A stretch of 64,000 nt of DNA from Candidatus Saccharimonadales bacterium (GCA_025450575.1 JANWHE010000016.1:22777-86776), one strand, 5' to 3'; shown: positions 1 through 9,294, counted from the first letter of the stretch. Made by a program: numbers and translations. Notes: generated from the letters alone by a model not told the origin.

Positions 1-1
1 C

Positions 2-2752
2 GAGCAGCTCCATCAGTTCTTTGCCGAACAGCCTGACACCGAGCTGCCGGACGCCGTCCTGCCGCTGGTCAGATACGCCCAGGCCGAACTGACGGCGGCG
101 CTGTCGCATTACTCCGAAACCGCCAAGACCAGCCTGCTGACCGAATGGAAACGGCGTTGGCTGGCGCGGGACGAGACCGGAAAATTAGTGGTAGACGGAA
201 CTAAGCTTAGCCACAGGCTCAGTGCCGCCGGCGGTATCTACCGCAAGTACGAAGCCAGCCTGCGCCGCCGGCGCCTATACGACTACGACGACATGATCCT
301 GCGGGCCATCGAGGCCTTAGAAACTAATCCCGAGCTAAAATATAGCTTAGCCGAGAACTACAGTTACATCATGCTCGACGAATTCCAGGACACTAACCCG
401 GCCCAATTCAAACTTGTCAAACTGCTGACCGACCATCCGGTCCACGAAGGCCGCCCGAACGTTCTAGCCGTCGGCGACGACGACCAGGCAATCTACGCCT
501 TCCAGGGTGCCAACCACGCCAATATGGCCGATTTTTACAGCCATTATAAAGGCGTGACGGTCGTCAGCCTGCGAGACAACTACCGCTCGCACCAGCCACT
601 GATAGACGTCGGCCAGAATATCGCCGGACAGATCAATAGCCGGCTGCATACCGAATTCGAAGGCGTGACCAAAGACCTAGTCGCCAGGAACGACGGGCTG
701 CCCGAACCGCCGCTGATAGAGGTCCGGGAATTCAAAAGCGACGCCGCCCAATACGACTGGATTGCCGCTGAGATTGAGAAAATGACGAAGCAGGGCGTGG
801 CCGCCAAAGAAATCGCCGTACTAGCTCCCAAACACCGTTTCCTGGTGCCGCTGCTGCCATATCTGACCCAGCGCAAAATCAAGATCTATTATGAGCGGCG
901 TGAAAACATCCTCGACGAACCGCTAGTCCATCAGCTGGAGCAAATGAGCCGATTAGTGCTGGCCTTAAATGCCGGAGACGAGGTTTTAGCCAACTCCATA
1001 TGGCCGGAAGTTCTGAGCTACGATTTCTGGAAGGTAGCGACTGAAAAGGTTTGGGCCATCAGCTGGCAGTCGAAAGAGTCGCACGAACCCTGGACGGCCA
1101 TTCTGCTCAACGATGACGTGCTGGCGCCGCTAGCCGGCTTTTTCCTGCGCCTGGCCTCAATCATAGAGACAGCTACTTTAGAGCAGCAGCTCGATGCGCT
1201 GACCGGCTGGCCGGGCACCGAACAGGAGCTGCGCCTACCACTTAAAAGCCCGCTATATGATTTTTATTTCTCTGTCGGGGACGAGAAGCAGAATCCAGCC
1301 GAGTTCATGCGCCTAATCAGCAACCTGAATGTCCTGAGGTCTAACCTCGACGATTGGCGCCAAAGCTACTCGGAGCGCCCCACTGGCCTGCGGGCCTTCG
1401 TGGAATTCGTAGCGGGCCACCGGGCGGCCGGCATCAACATCTTGAACCGCAGTCCCTACCAGGAATCGGAGGACGCCGTCAGCTTGCTGACTGCTTACGG
1501 AGCCAAGGGGCGGGAGTTCCAAGCTGTTTTTTTGACGGCCGCCAATGATGAGGTCTGGGGCAGGGCCAGCCGTAATCAGGGCTATCACCTGAGTCTGCCG
1601 GCCAATCTGTCCTATATCCGCTATCAGGGTGCCAGCGAAGACGAACGCCTTCGGCTGCTATACGTCGCCGCCACCCGGGCCCGCAGCCGTTTATACGTCA
1701 CCGGCTACCGCCAAGACTTGGCCGGTAAGCTCCAGAACCGCCTTAAGTACCTAAAGGTCGCGGAAAAAGCCTCTCTGGCGCGCTCAGCGATAATCCCGGA
1801 GCCCTATTCCAAAATCATCGCCGATACCTCCGACTCTGTCAGCCTGCAGGTGGTCGCCAACTACTGGACCGACCGGCACACGCCGCCACTCAGCCTCAAA
1901 TTACAGGAGGTTCTAGCGCCGCGGCTTAAAAATTACCAGCTTAGCGCCACCGATCTTAACAATTTCATAAACCTCGTCGACTACGGACCGGATCGTTTCT
2001 TCATCAAGTGCCTGCTGCGCTTCCCGTCGGCGCCGGGCGTTAATGACGCTTTCGGCACGGCTATCCACAATACTTTGAGATTCGCTGGCAATATCTATCT
2101 TAAGAACAAGAAGCTGCCGAATTTTGAAGAGATCAAAGATATATTTGACGCCCAGATTAACCGAATCGAGTTGCCCGAACAACAGATGCGAAACTTGACC
2201 GACCGCGGCTACGGCGCCCTTAAGGCGTGGCTTGGCCAAAGCGGCGCCCGGCTGACTCTGAATGACCGCTTCGAATACGATTTCCGGGCTGAGGGGGCGA
2301 TGATTGGCCCGGCTCGCCTGACCGGCAAGCTGGACCGCATGATCGTGGATGAGAAGAAGCGCCGGATAGCCATCGTAGACTATAAGACCGGCCGTCCGTA
2401 CGACCGCTGGCAAGCCGGCATCGTCAAACTGCACATGTTCCGCAGCCAACTACTGTTTTATAAACTCTTAGCCGAAAATTCAGCCCGCTTCAAAGGCTAC
2501 AACATCGATAAAGGTATTATCGAGTTCGTCGAGCCGGACGAGCGCGGCCGTATCAATCGCTTAGAGCTGGATTTCAGCCAGCAAGACCTGAAAAAGACCG
2601 CCGATCTGATCAAAGCGGTCTGGGAGCACGTTCAGAATCTGGACTTCCCGGACGTCAGCGCCTACCCGCCGACCTTAGCGGGCATCCGCAAATTCGAAGA
2701 CGACCTGCTAAACAAGACCGCCGGCGCTTTTAGTAAAGGCCGGCGGTCTTAA
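2..2752 (+). CDS. UvrD/PcrA-type SF1 DNA helicase fused to a C-terminal PD-(D/E)XK nuclease domain (AddA/RecB-like); 5' end cut by window edge
   Basis: SF1 motifs DEFQDTN, VGDDDQAIYAFQGA, LTAYGAKGREF and RLLYVAATRA. C-terminal IVDYKTG nuclease motif. The reading frame is open back to position 2 (no stop upstream of the listed GTG at 188). Confidence 0.85.
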   Translation, partial: EQLHQFFAEQPDTELPDAVLPLVRYAQAELTAALSHYSETAKTSLLTEWKRRWLARDETGKLVVDGTKLSHRLSAAGGIYRKYEASLRRRRLYDYDDMILRAIEALETNPELKYSLAENYSYIMLDEFQDTNPAQFKLVKLLTDHPVHEGRPNVLAVGDDDQAIYAFQGANHANMADFYSHYKGVTVVSLRDNYRSHQPLIDVGQNIAGQINSRLHTEFEGVTKDLVARNDGLPEPPLIEVREFKSDAAQYDWIAAEIEKMTKQGVAAKEIAVLAPKHRFLVPLLPYLTQRKIKIYYERRENILDEPLVHQLEQMSRLVLALNAGDEVLANSIWPEVLSYDFWKVATEKVWAISWQSKESHEPWTAILLNDDVLAPLAGFFLRLASIIETATLEQQLDALTGWPGTEQELRLPLKSPLYDFYFSVGDEKQNPAEFMRLISNLNVLRSNLDDWRQSYSERPTGLRAFVEFVAGHRAAGINILNRSPYQESEDAVSLLTAYGAKGREFQAVFLTAANDEVWGRASRNQGYHLSLPANLSYIRYQGASEDERLRLLYVAATRARSRLYVTGYRQDLAGKLQNRLKYLKVAEKASLARSAIIPEPYSKIIADTSDSVSLQVVANYWTDRHTPPLSLKLQEVLAPRLKNYQLSATDLNNFINLVDYGPDRFFIKCLLRFPSAPGVNDAFGTAIHNTLRFAGNIYLKNKKLPNFEEIKDIFDAQINRIELPEQQMRNLTDRGYGALKAWLGQSGARLTLNDRFEYDFRAEGAMIGPARLTGKLDRMIVDEKKRRIAIVDYKTGRPYDRWQAGIVKLHMFRSQLLFYKLLAENSARFKGYNIDKGIIEFVEPDERGRINRLELDFSQQDLKKTADLIKAVWEHVQNLDFPDVSAYPPTLAGIRKFEDDLLNKTAGAFSKGRRS

Positions 2753-2770
2753 TGTCGAGCTTGATGCGAA

Positions 2771-3457
2771 CTACTTGCGGCGGCGAACAGTCGTCCGGCG
2801 CCTGACGGTCACCGTCCGAGCTGGACCGGCAACGGCCCGGGCCGTTCCGAACAGATAAGAGTAGAGATTGACTCCGATTAACCCGCCGACCAGCGGCCCT
2901 AGAACGTAGGCCGAGCTCCAGGAGCGCGAACCCAAGGCTATGGCCGGGTTGATGTAACCCGATGAAGCGGTAGCGGCAATCAAAATACCGACAAAATACG
3001 CGGCGCCGACGGTAATTGCCGAGTTCAAAGTTTCTACGTCTTTGTTCCTGGCGGCCGTAAAGGCCAGCGCCAGAACACTGGTGCCGACGACCTCGGCCAG
3101 CCAGACCGGCGTGCTAAAGCCGACGGTCCGGGCCGGTATGGCGTGGTTAGTTAGGTACTGGAACAGCTGCCAAGCAGCTACGCCTCCAAGCAGCTGGGCG
3201 GCCACATAGGTTATACCGCGCAGCGTGCCGATACGGCGGGCCGTCCACATACCGAACGTGATGGCCGGATTAGTGTGGGCGCCCGATACAGTGCTGAAGA
3301 TCATGTAGACGATAGTAGCGGCTATCGCCAAGCTAGTGGCTATGAAGTAAGATACGGCGGTCGTCTGGCCTAAGATAAGCGCTACCATGACTAAGATTCC
3401 CGTACCCAAAAACTCTGCGAGCACCGGTGCCACCACGGCGCGGTTAACTCTAAACAT
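2771..3457 (-). CDS. MIP-family channel (aquaporin/glycerol facilitator) with Arg-rich C-terminal tail
   Basis: Two NPA boxes (HTNPAITFG and YINPAIALG) in a six-TM hydrophobic protein. Confidence 0.9.
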   Translation of the reverse strand: MFRVNRAVVAPVLAEFLGTGILVMVALILGQTTAVSYFIATSLAIAATIVYMIFSTVSGAHTNPAITFGMWTARRIGTLRGITYVAAQLLGGVAAWQLFQYLTNHAIPARTVGFSTPVWLAEVVGTSVLALAFTAARNKDVETLNSAITVGAAYFVGILIAATASSGYINPAIALGSRSWSSAYVLGPLVGGLIGVNLYSYLFGTARAVAGPARTVTVRRRTTVRRRK

Positions 3458-3530
3458 TTATACCTCCCGATTTATTTATCTCTAGTGTCCAATATAGATT
3501 TAAACCGGTCAAAATACAAGCGCGCCCGTT

Positions 3531-3539
3531 TGTTATAAT
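3531..3539 (+). promoter_or_regulatory. Extended -10 element (TGTTATAAT) upstream of the glutaredoxin-like gene
   Basis: TGnTATAAT lies 18 nt upstream of the ATG at 3557, followed by an AAAGGAG ribosome-binding site. Confidence 0.45.
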
Positions 3540-3556
3540 TAAACTAAAGGAGAATT

Positions 3557-3814
3557 ATGAGTGATCAACCCGCCGCTGTGACTGTTTATGGAGCCGAGTG
3601 GTGCCCGCCGTGCCATACCGTCAAGGCCTATCTGAAAAGCCGCGAAGTTGATTACGAATACGTGAATATCGATGAAGAGCGTGAGAAAGGACAAGCCGTC
3701 GCTGCAAAGACCGGCTGGACGGCCATCCCGATAACTAGGATCGGCGAAGAGTATATCTTAGGTTTCGACCGCCCGAAAATCGACGCCGCCCTGCAGACCA
3801 ATAAACTGATCTGA
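3557..3814 (+). CDS. Glutaredoxin-like / NrdH-type small redoxin
   Basis: 85 aa with a WCPPCH active site near the N-terminus and thioredoxin-fold length. A good SD is present. Confidence 0.8.
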   Translation: MSDQPAAVTVYGAEWCPPCHTVKAYLKSREVDYEYVNIDEEREKGQAVAAKTGWTAIPITRIGEEYILGFDRPKIDAALQTNKLI

Positions 3815-4383
3815 TGGCTTTTGAAGATTATCAAACCAAACAGTCGGTCGTGGTCGTTTACACTGGTGAAGGCAAAGGTAAGACCAGCGCCAGCGTCGGC
3901 CTGCTGGCCCGCTCCTTGGGCAGCGGCTGGAAAGCCGCCTATATACAGTTCATCAAGCACTGGAACGTTGGCGAGCACGATTTCATCCATAAGATCGAGC
4001 CGGTATTCGGAGATAAGCTGTTCTTTTATAAAGGCGGCAAAGGTTTTTATGACGCCGGTGATCTAAGCGCCAAGAATGTTTCCGAAGCCGAGCACAGGCA
4101 GGCTGCCCGGGACACTTACGATAAAGCTTACAAGGCAGCGACTGGCGGGAATTTTGACATCGTCATCTGCGATGAGATAAACAATGCCGTGCACCACCGG
4201 TTGATAACGAAGGCCGATCTTAAGAAACTGATCAAAGATAGGTCTCTCAAAACCAGCTTATGCCTGACCGGCCGGGATTTTCCGCAGGACTTACTGCCGC
4301 TGGCGGATATAGCTACTAGTATGACCAAGCTCAAGCATCACTTCGACGACAAATACCTAGCCAACAAAGGCATAGATTTTTAG
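3814..4383 (+). CDS. cobO: Cob(I)yrinic acid a,c-diamide / cob(I)alamin adenosyltransferase (CobA/CobO/BtuR family)
   Basis: YTGEGKGKTSASVGLLARSLGSGWKAAYIQFIK P-loop signature plus the DIVICDEI motif. The start overlaps the upstream stop (TGATG). Confidence 0.85.
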   Translation: MAFEDYQTKQSVVVVYTGEGKGKTSASVGLLARSLGSGWKAAYIQFIKHWNVGEHDFIHKIEPVFGDKLFFYKGGKGFYDAGDLSAKNVSEAEHRQAARDTYDKAYKAATGGNFDIVICDEINNAVHHRLITKADLKKLIKDRSLKTSLCLTGRDFPQDLLPLADIATSMTKLKHHFDDKYLANKGIDF

Positions 4384-4385
4384 CG

Positions 4386-5174
4386 TCAAGCGGCTTTGAT
4401 GGCCACTTCGTAAAGTTCTTCTAAGCCTGGGATGTGTTTCTTGCGGTATTTGGTCTTAGGGAAAAGGGCAGTATGGTTTTTTATCGGCTTGGTTGTCTTT
4501 AATTTGGCCCGGGATTTACGCCGGGTAGGTTTTTGGCCCGGCGGCTTCAGCGCATCATAAACCTCGCAGGCCACGCGCTCTCCGTAAACGACGAGCTCCT
4601 CCGGGTGAGCCAATCGCAAGGCGTACGGTCCAAGCCGGGTGGAAATGACTTTCGCCGGCCGCTGGTCCTCGTCCGCCAGAGCGAAAGTCAGCCAGGGAAG
4701 CTCGTGCAGCAAATCGGTGATATATAGAGCTTGACCGGCCACGATATCCGGTTCTATCCTGGTGGCTTCACCTCTTAAGGCGTTATTGTCCTTCGGCTCC
4801 ATCAGGCGGGTGTGGTAAAGGCAAGCCGGATTGCGGCAAAAATGATCAACTTGCTTATTTAAGTCCTCGGCAGCCGGCAGCTGGCCGGTCAGCTCGGCCA
4901 TCCGGGCGAAATGCATGACTCTATGCGCTTCGCGGCTGGTGCTGCCCAACCCCAGTTCGCGGACGGCCTTAATGGCCGTTTTGCTATAGCCCTTACTGTT
5001 CCGATAGGCTTCCGGCCTCATGATACAGCCAGTCAATTTACTGACTCTGGCTTGCAGCATCAGATCGCCGACTAATTCCGAATCGTGCAAAGCTTCAAAT
5101 TCCCTCTCGGCGGATTGGACCGACGGCATATAGTCGCCAATAACCGTCAGCGCCGGGCTTCCAAGCGGCAGCAT
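4386..5174 (-). CDS. HNH-type endonuclease-like protein; start uncertain (ATG 5174 preferred over ATG 5393)
   Basis: VDHFCRNPACLYHTRLMEPKDNN resembles the DHxCxNxxCxNPxHL..N HNH_3 motif. The long 335-aa form reads through a perfect terminator hairpin at 5222-5251. Confidence 0.5.
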   Translation of the reverse strand: MLPLGSPALTVIGDYMPSVQSAEREFEALHDSELVGDLMLQARVSKLTGCIMRPEAYRNSKGYSKTAIKAVRELGLGSTSREAHRVMHFARMAELTGQLPAAEDLNKQVDHFCRNPACLYHTRLMEPKDNNALRGEATRIEPDIVAGQALYITDLLHELPWLTFALADEDQRPAKVISTRLGPYALRLAHPEELVVYGERVACEVYDALKPPGQKPTRRKSRAKLKTTKPIKNHTALFPKTKYRKKHIPGLEELYEVAIKAA

Positions 5175-5221
5175 ATCATCCTGAAGTTCCAGACTCAGGA
5201 ACTCATCGAGGTGCGGTAAAG

Positions 5222-5251
5222 AAAAACCCCCGGAAGTTTCCGGGGGTTTTT
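5222..5251. terminator. Perfect bidirectional intrinsic-terminator-like hairpin
   Basis: AAAAACCCCCGGA-AGTT-TCCGGGGGTTTTT: a 13-bp perfect stem flanked by an A5 run on one side and a T5 run on the other. Confidence 0.7.
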
Positions 5252-5529
5252 CTGCGACGCGCAACGCCAGGCGGCCAGCGATGGCGCCGTCTCCGGCGCG
5301 AGTTGCTGCCTCTGTCTGAACCTGATTTAGAGTGTGGAGCTCTAACCCTGGCACGCTTTCCTCCCGCGTTTTGGTGTTTAACCTTAAGCCCATTTAATAA
5401 CAAAGGTTTTTAACGGACAAAGACATTTTTTGCGTCAGCCTAAGAAGTCGCGCGCTAACCCACCCCTGAAATAAGTTTATGGTAAAAAATACATTCTTTG
5501 GAAATGCAAGGCATGTATAATCTTCCGGC

Positions 5530-6048
5530 ATGAGATATAGGCGCCGTCGGGCTAAAATCACTTGGCTGACATTCCTGATAGCCATAGTCGCAGTCTTAAT
5601 CAGCCAGTCCGGGTAGCTGAAGAATAGCGGCCAGACGTTCCGGCGGAACGACGCGGGCCTTTATACCATCAATCACTACGTAGACGGCGACACCATCGCG
5701 GTCAACATGAATGGCGGTGTGGAGATTATCCGATTCATAGGAGTCGACACGCCCGAGACCCACAAACCTAATACGCCGGTGGAATGCTACGGGCCGGAAG
5801 CGGCGGCCCACACCAAAGATGTCATTAGTAAATTCGGCAAAGTCCGGCTGCAAGCCGACCGGCTGGACACCAACCGCGACCGATACGGACGTCTGCTTCG
5901 ATACGTTTATCTGCCGGACGGGACATTGCTGGACGAGCAAATAATCCAACAGGGTTACGGCTTCGCCTATTTGAGCTTCCCGTTCTCTAAGAAAGATCAG
6001 TTCGCCGCCGATCAGCAGGCTGCCCAGAGCGCCCGGCTAAGGCTGTGA
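5530..6048 (+). pseudogene. Staphylococcal-nuclease (SNase/thermonuclease) family secreted nuclease, interrupted by in-frame TAG at 5614-5616
   Basis: ATG 5530 encodes the signal anchor MRYRRRRAKITWLTFLIAIVAVLISQSG. TAG follows, and the same frame continues ..YVDGDTIAVNMNGGVEIIRFIGVDTPE..YGRLLRYVYLPDG. The listed ATG at 5707 lies inside the OB fold. Confidence 0.65.
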
Positions 6049-6091
6049 AGGGTTTGTCGTCCGACAATCAACCAATACGGCGGTTACACTT

Positions 6092-6469
6092 CTAATCCGC
6101 TTTGAATACCCAGAAGCGGTACCATAGGTAGTCCCAGACCGTAGTGAAGGCGGCGGAGACGAAGAAACCGGCGTAGGGAGTGACGCCGTTATGCACGAAC
6201 GCCCAGACGATAGCGTAGTCAAACACGAAATCGATGCCGTTTATCAGCACGTAACGGAAGATCACCCGGCGGTCCTGGCCCTTGAGTTTCGAGTCATAGA
6301 ACGCCCAGTAGCGCTGGATACCGTAGTTGGCGCTCCAGCCAAAACTGTCGGCTAAGACCTTTGAGACCCACCACGGCCAATGGAAAACGTCAAAACAGAG
6401 GGCGAAAACCACCAGGCCGCCCCAGAACCACACGCCGCCGCCGACCATGTACTCGGCGAACTGAATCAT
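6092..6469 (-). CDS. GtrA-family membrane protein
   Basis: Four-TM, about 125-aa protein with the C-terminal W..YRFWVF motif typical of GtrA. A start at ATG 6469 avoids overlap with the upstream GT2 gene. Confidence 0.7.
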   Translation of the reverse strand: MIQFAEYMVGGGVWFWGGLVVFALCFDVFHWPWWVSKVLADSFGWSANYGIQRYWAFYDSKLKGQDRRVIFRYVLINGIDFVFDYAIVWAFVHNGVTPYAGFFVSAAFTTVWDYLWYRFWVFKAD

Positions 6470-6503
6470 CAGTTTATTGCTGCGCCAACCGGTTTCGGTC
6501 TGA

Positions 6504-7253
6504 TTAATCCCCACGGCTCTTATGTTTCCCGAATTCATACTTGATAGGGTTCTTTTCCAGATTATAGCCATGCGTATGCCGATATATTTCATTACCGATA
6601 CCCTTTAGCGTCAACTTAAAACCCTCTGTCTCCGTCCGGCGCAAATCCACGTAGTAATATGTTTCTTCGATGAACCCAAAACCTTCTTTTGAAGCTCTCG
6701 TGACATAGTCATAATCTTCACCGAAATGGATTTTCTCATTGAAACCATCCAGTGATTCAAAAAGCGCCCGCTTGGTCAGGATACAGTAACCAGGAGCTAC
6801 CGGGTGCTTGGTATGCGATAGCAGCTTCAGGTAATTGTAGTTTAGGTGCGCCATGCCAAAGCGGTTAAAAAAAGCGCCTTCTTTAACCTTGATTTTAGCG
6901 GTGGCTGTCTGCCAGTTATTTTGCCGCGACTTTTTTACGAGCGTAGCTATGAAGCCAGAATCATCAAAATCGTCATCGGCGTCTAAGAATAGTAACCATC
7001 CGCCGCGGGCCTGTTTAGCTCCCTGGTTCCGGCCATAGGCCGGCCCGTTGGGAGGCGCCTCGAAGAACTTGACGTCTAATTTATCTCTGAATGAATCAAC
7101 CACCTCTTTGGTGCCGTCAGCGGACTCGGCGTCAGATACGATTACTTCGAAATTCACGTCTTTTTGCTTCGTCAAAGCCTCCAGCAACCGGTCGATGTAA
7201 GTGGCCTCTTTGTAAGCCGGGATCACCACCGAGACTTCAGGAGCTTTGCTCAT
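6504..7253 (-). CDS. Family 2 glycosyltransferase
   Basis: VSVVIPAYKE...VIVSDAESADGT...LFLDADD motifs. The ATG at 7253 overlaps the upstream stop (ATGA). Confidence 0.85.
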   Translation of the reverse strand: MSKAPEVSVVIPAYKEATYIDRLLEALTKQKDVNFEVIVSDAESADGTKEVVDSFRDKLDVKFFEAPPNGPAYGRNQGAKQARGGWLLFLDADDDFDDSGFIATLVKKSRQNNWQTATAKIKVKEGAFFNRFGMAHLNYNYLKLLSHTKHPVAPGYCILTKRALFESLDGFNEKIHFGEDYDYVTRASKEGFGFIEETYYYVDLRRTETEGFKLTLKGIGNEIYRHTHGYNLEKNPIKYEFGKHKSRGD

Positions 7254-8131
7254 ATGCTGTTCATCGGGTTCTTGCGGGCCGAACGGGTCAGGGGCGCCAG
7301 CGGCCAAAGCAGCGTGTAAAAGCGATACCATAGTTTTAGCCAAGGGTGCAGCAGGATATAGCCCAAAACGTAGACACCGGTCGCCGAATAGATAGCCAGG
7401 CTGTGCAGGCCGTGGCGCAAATAAGTCTGACGGTACATCGATATGTATCTGTAAAACCGCAGCGGCGAGTCGTTGTAGCGGCGACCAGAGGCACCGGCAA
7501 TCAAGTGCCCGGCATAAGTAATATGGTATCCGGCTCGGTACAGATGAACCGCCAGATCCAAGTCTTCGTGCATATAAGTATCGTGGCAGATGTCCGCCGA
7601 GACGGCGCGCCAGACGGATCTGCGGATGGCCATGTTAGAACCGAACAAGAACGGACTTTTGGGCGACCAATTATAAATCGAGGTCCGCATCCAATGATCT
7701 AATCGATAGTTGATTTCCGGCAGCGGCATATCGTAATAATTGACCGGTCCGGTAACAGCCGCGGTCGCCGGGTCTAACATTAGCTCCTTGACCTGCTGTA
7801 CCCAGCGCGGCGGCAAGATAGTATCGGCGTCTATGCGGCCGACTATATCACCGGTAGCGGCTTTAAAACCGCGGTTCTTAGCGAACAGTACACCTTGTCT
7901 TTTCTCTTTTATAAGCCTCACGAAAGGGAATTGGGCCGCTACGCGGGCCGAATCGTCCGAAGAATTATTATCCACCACGATCACTTCGTTGGGCTTTATG
8001 GTCTGGGCGGCGATAGCGTTCAAACAGGCTTTTAGGTGGTCTTGCTCGTTAAAGACTGGTATAACTATAGTAAGCGTTAGCGTTTCGTAAGGCATAAGAT
8101 ATCTAAGCATTATTAGAATATCACGCATCAA
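7250..8131 (-). CDS. Family 2 glycosyltransferase
   Basis: IVIPVFNE...VIVVDNNSSDDS...GRIDADT motifs. Confidence 0.85.
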   Translation of the reverse strand: MMRDILIMLRYLMPYETLTLTIVIPVFNEQDHLKACLNAIAAQTIKPNEVIVVDNNSSDDSARVAAQFPFVRLIKEKRQGVLFAKNRGFKAATGDIVGRIDADTILPPRWVQQVKELMLDPATAAVTGPVNYYDMPLPEINYRLDHWMRTSIYNWSPKSPFLFGSNMAIRRSVWRAVSADICHDTYMHEDLDLAVHLYRAGYHITYAGHLIAGASGRRYNDSPLRFYRYISMYRQTYLRHGLHSLAIYSATGVYVLGYILLHPWLKLWYRFYTLLWPLAPLTRSARKNPMNSI

Positions 8132-8151
8132 GCTGATAAAAAGGTTAAATC

Positions 8152-9294
8152 TTGAGCAAGAAACAAAATAGGGCGGGGATCAAAAAATGGCCAAGCGGCA
8201 TCTGGAGCTACTTTTGGCGGCGAGGCTGGTGGCGGCGGATCGTTTTTATAATCCTGGCGATCATCGTAGTCTTTACCAGCGCCATGTATGGCATCGCCCA
8301 GTGGTACATCCATAAGCACGCCGACCAGCCGATAACCCTGGGGGCTACTTTCATACCGGATTACGCCGAGAGTTTCGGGCTGGATCCCCACCAGACTCTC
8401 CAAGCCATGCTGGAACCAGCCAGCCAGGACGGCTTGGCTTTAAAACAGGTCCGATTAGTCAGCTACTGGGAAGATATCGAACCGACTCCTGGCCACTACG
8501 ATTTCTCGCAGCTAGATTGGCAGTTCGCTCTGGCGGCCAAATATCACGCCAAGGTATCGCTGGCCATCGGCCTGCGCCAGCCGCGCTGGCCGGAGTGCCA
8601 TTCGCCGAGCTGGGTCAATATCGACCCTAAGAACGAAGCCGCCTGGCAGCCGCGGCTCAACCAGTTCATCGAAGCTGTTATCGGCCACTACAAAACCAAT
8701 CCGGTACTGCAGGATTACGAGCTGGAAAACGAGTTTTTCTTAAAAGTCTTCGGCCAGTGCACCGACTTCAGCCGCGCCCGCTTAATCGAGGAGTACAACT
8801 TAGTAAAAGGCGCGGACCCTAATCACCCGGTGATTGTCAGCCGCAGCGACAATTGGGTCGGCATTCCGGTCGGCCAGCCGACCCCCGACGAGTTCGCCAT
8901 ATCGGTCTATAAGCGCGTCTGGGACGCCACTTTCACCCACCGTTACTTCGAATACCCTCTGCCGGCTTGGTTTTACGCCTCTTTGGCCGGCAGCGAAGAG
9001 CTGTTATCCGGCAAAGATATGATCATCCATGAGCTCCAGGCCGAACCTTGGACTCCGAAGGGATTGGAAATTACTCAGACATCCGTTCAAGAACAGTATA
9101 AATCGATGAATCCTCAGCGCCTCAAGGACCGCATCAGTTACGGCGAAGCTACCGGTATGAAAACCATTGACCTATGGGGCGCCGAGTGGTGGTATTGGAT
9201 GAAAGTCAAGCAGCACAATCCGGATGTCTGGAACGTCGTCAAACAAGCCGTCCAACAGGCTGACGCTCACAACGCTCAATTAGCTAAAAGTTAA
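8152..9294 (+). CDS. Membrane-anchored clan GH-A (TIM-barrel) glycoside-hydrolase-like protein
   Basis: N-terminal TM helix. YELENEFF (NE acid/base-like) and IIHELQAEPW (nucleophile-like Glu) sit at the spacing typical of GH5/GH42-type folds. Confidence 0.5.
   Translation: MSKKQNRAGIKKWPSGIWSYFWRRGWWRRIVFIILAIIVVFTSAMYGIAQWYIHKHADQPITLGATFIPDYAESFGLDPHQTLQAMLEPASQDGLALKQVRLVSYWEDIEPTPGHYDFSQLDWQFALAAKYHAKVSLAIGLRQPRWPECHSPSWVNIDPKNEAAWQPRLNQFIEAVIGHYKTNPVLQDYELENEFFLKVFGQCTDFSRARLIEEYNLVKGADPNHPVIVSRSDNWVGIPVGQPTPDEFAISVYKRVWDATFTHRYFEYPLPAWFYASLAGSEELLSGKDMIIHELQAEPWTPKGLEITQTSVQEQYKSMNPQRLKDRISYGEATGMKTIDLWGAEWWYWMKVKQHNPDVWNVVKQAVQQADAHNAQLAKS

Noticed and set aside
1913-2449. Long antisense or shadow ORFs in the ORF track. 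Examples: 1913-2449(-), 5596-5949(-), 14326-14694(-), 30960-31634(-), 42553-43281(+), 47081-47842(+), 51013-51564(+), 60299-60823(+), 63265-63630(-).
   Set aside because: Each lies opposite or out of frame within a gene that has unambiguous family motifs. They have no motifs of their own and have the skewed composition typical of shadow frames.
5252-5400. Cobalamin riboswitch upstream of the HNH-like gene. This was tempting because cobO is adjacent and GCCGGAGACGGC resembles a B12 box.
   Set aside because: The conserved core (AGGGAA..GGUGAAAAUCC..GCCACUG) is absent. The leader is on the opposite strand from cobO and precedes an unrelated gene. ZTP and preQ1 resemblances were also only partial.
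6046-6090. Possible read-through of the nuclease TGA stop. The sequence ARLRL-TGA would read RLW, like the GLW motif often seen near SNase C-termini.
   Set aside because: The downstream frame shows no convincing conserved sequence, and TGA behaves as a normal stop elsewhere. This is too speculative.
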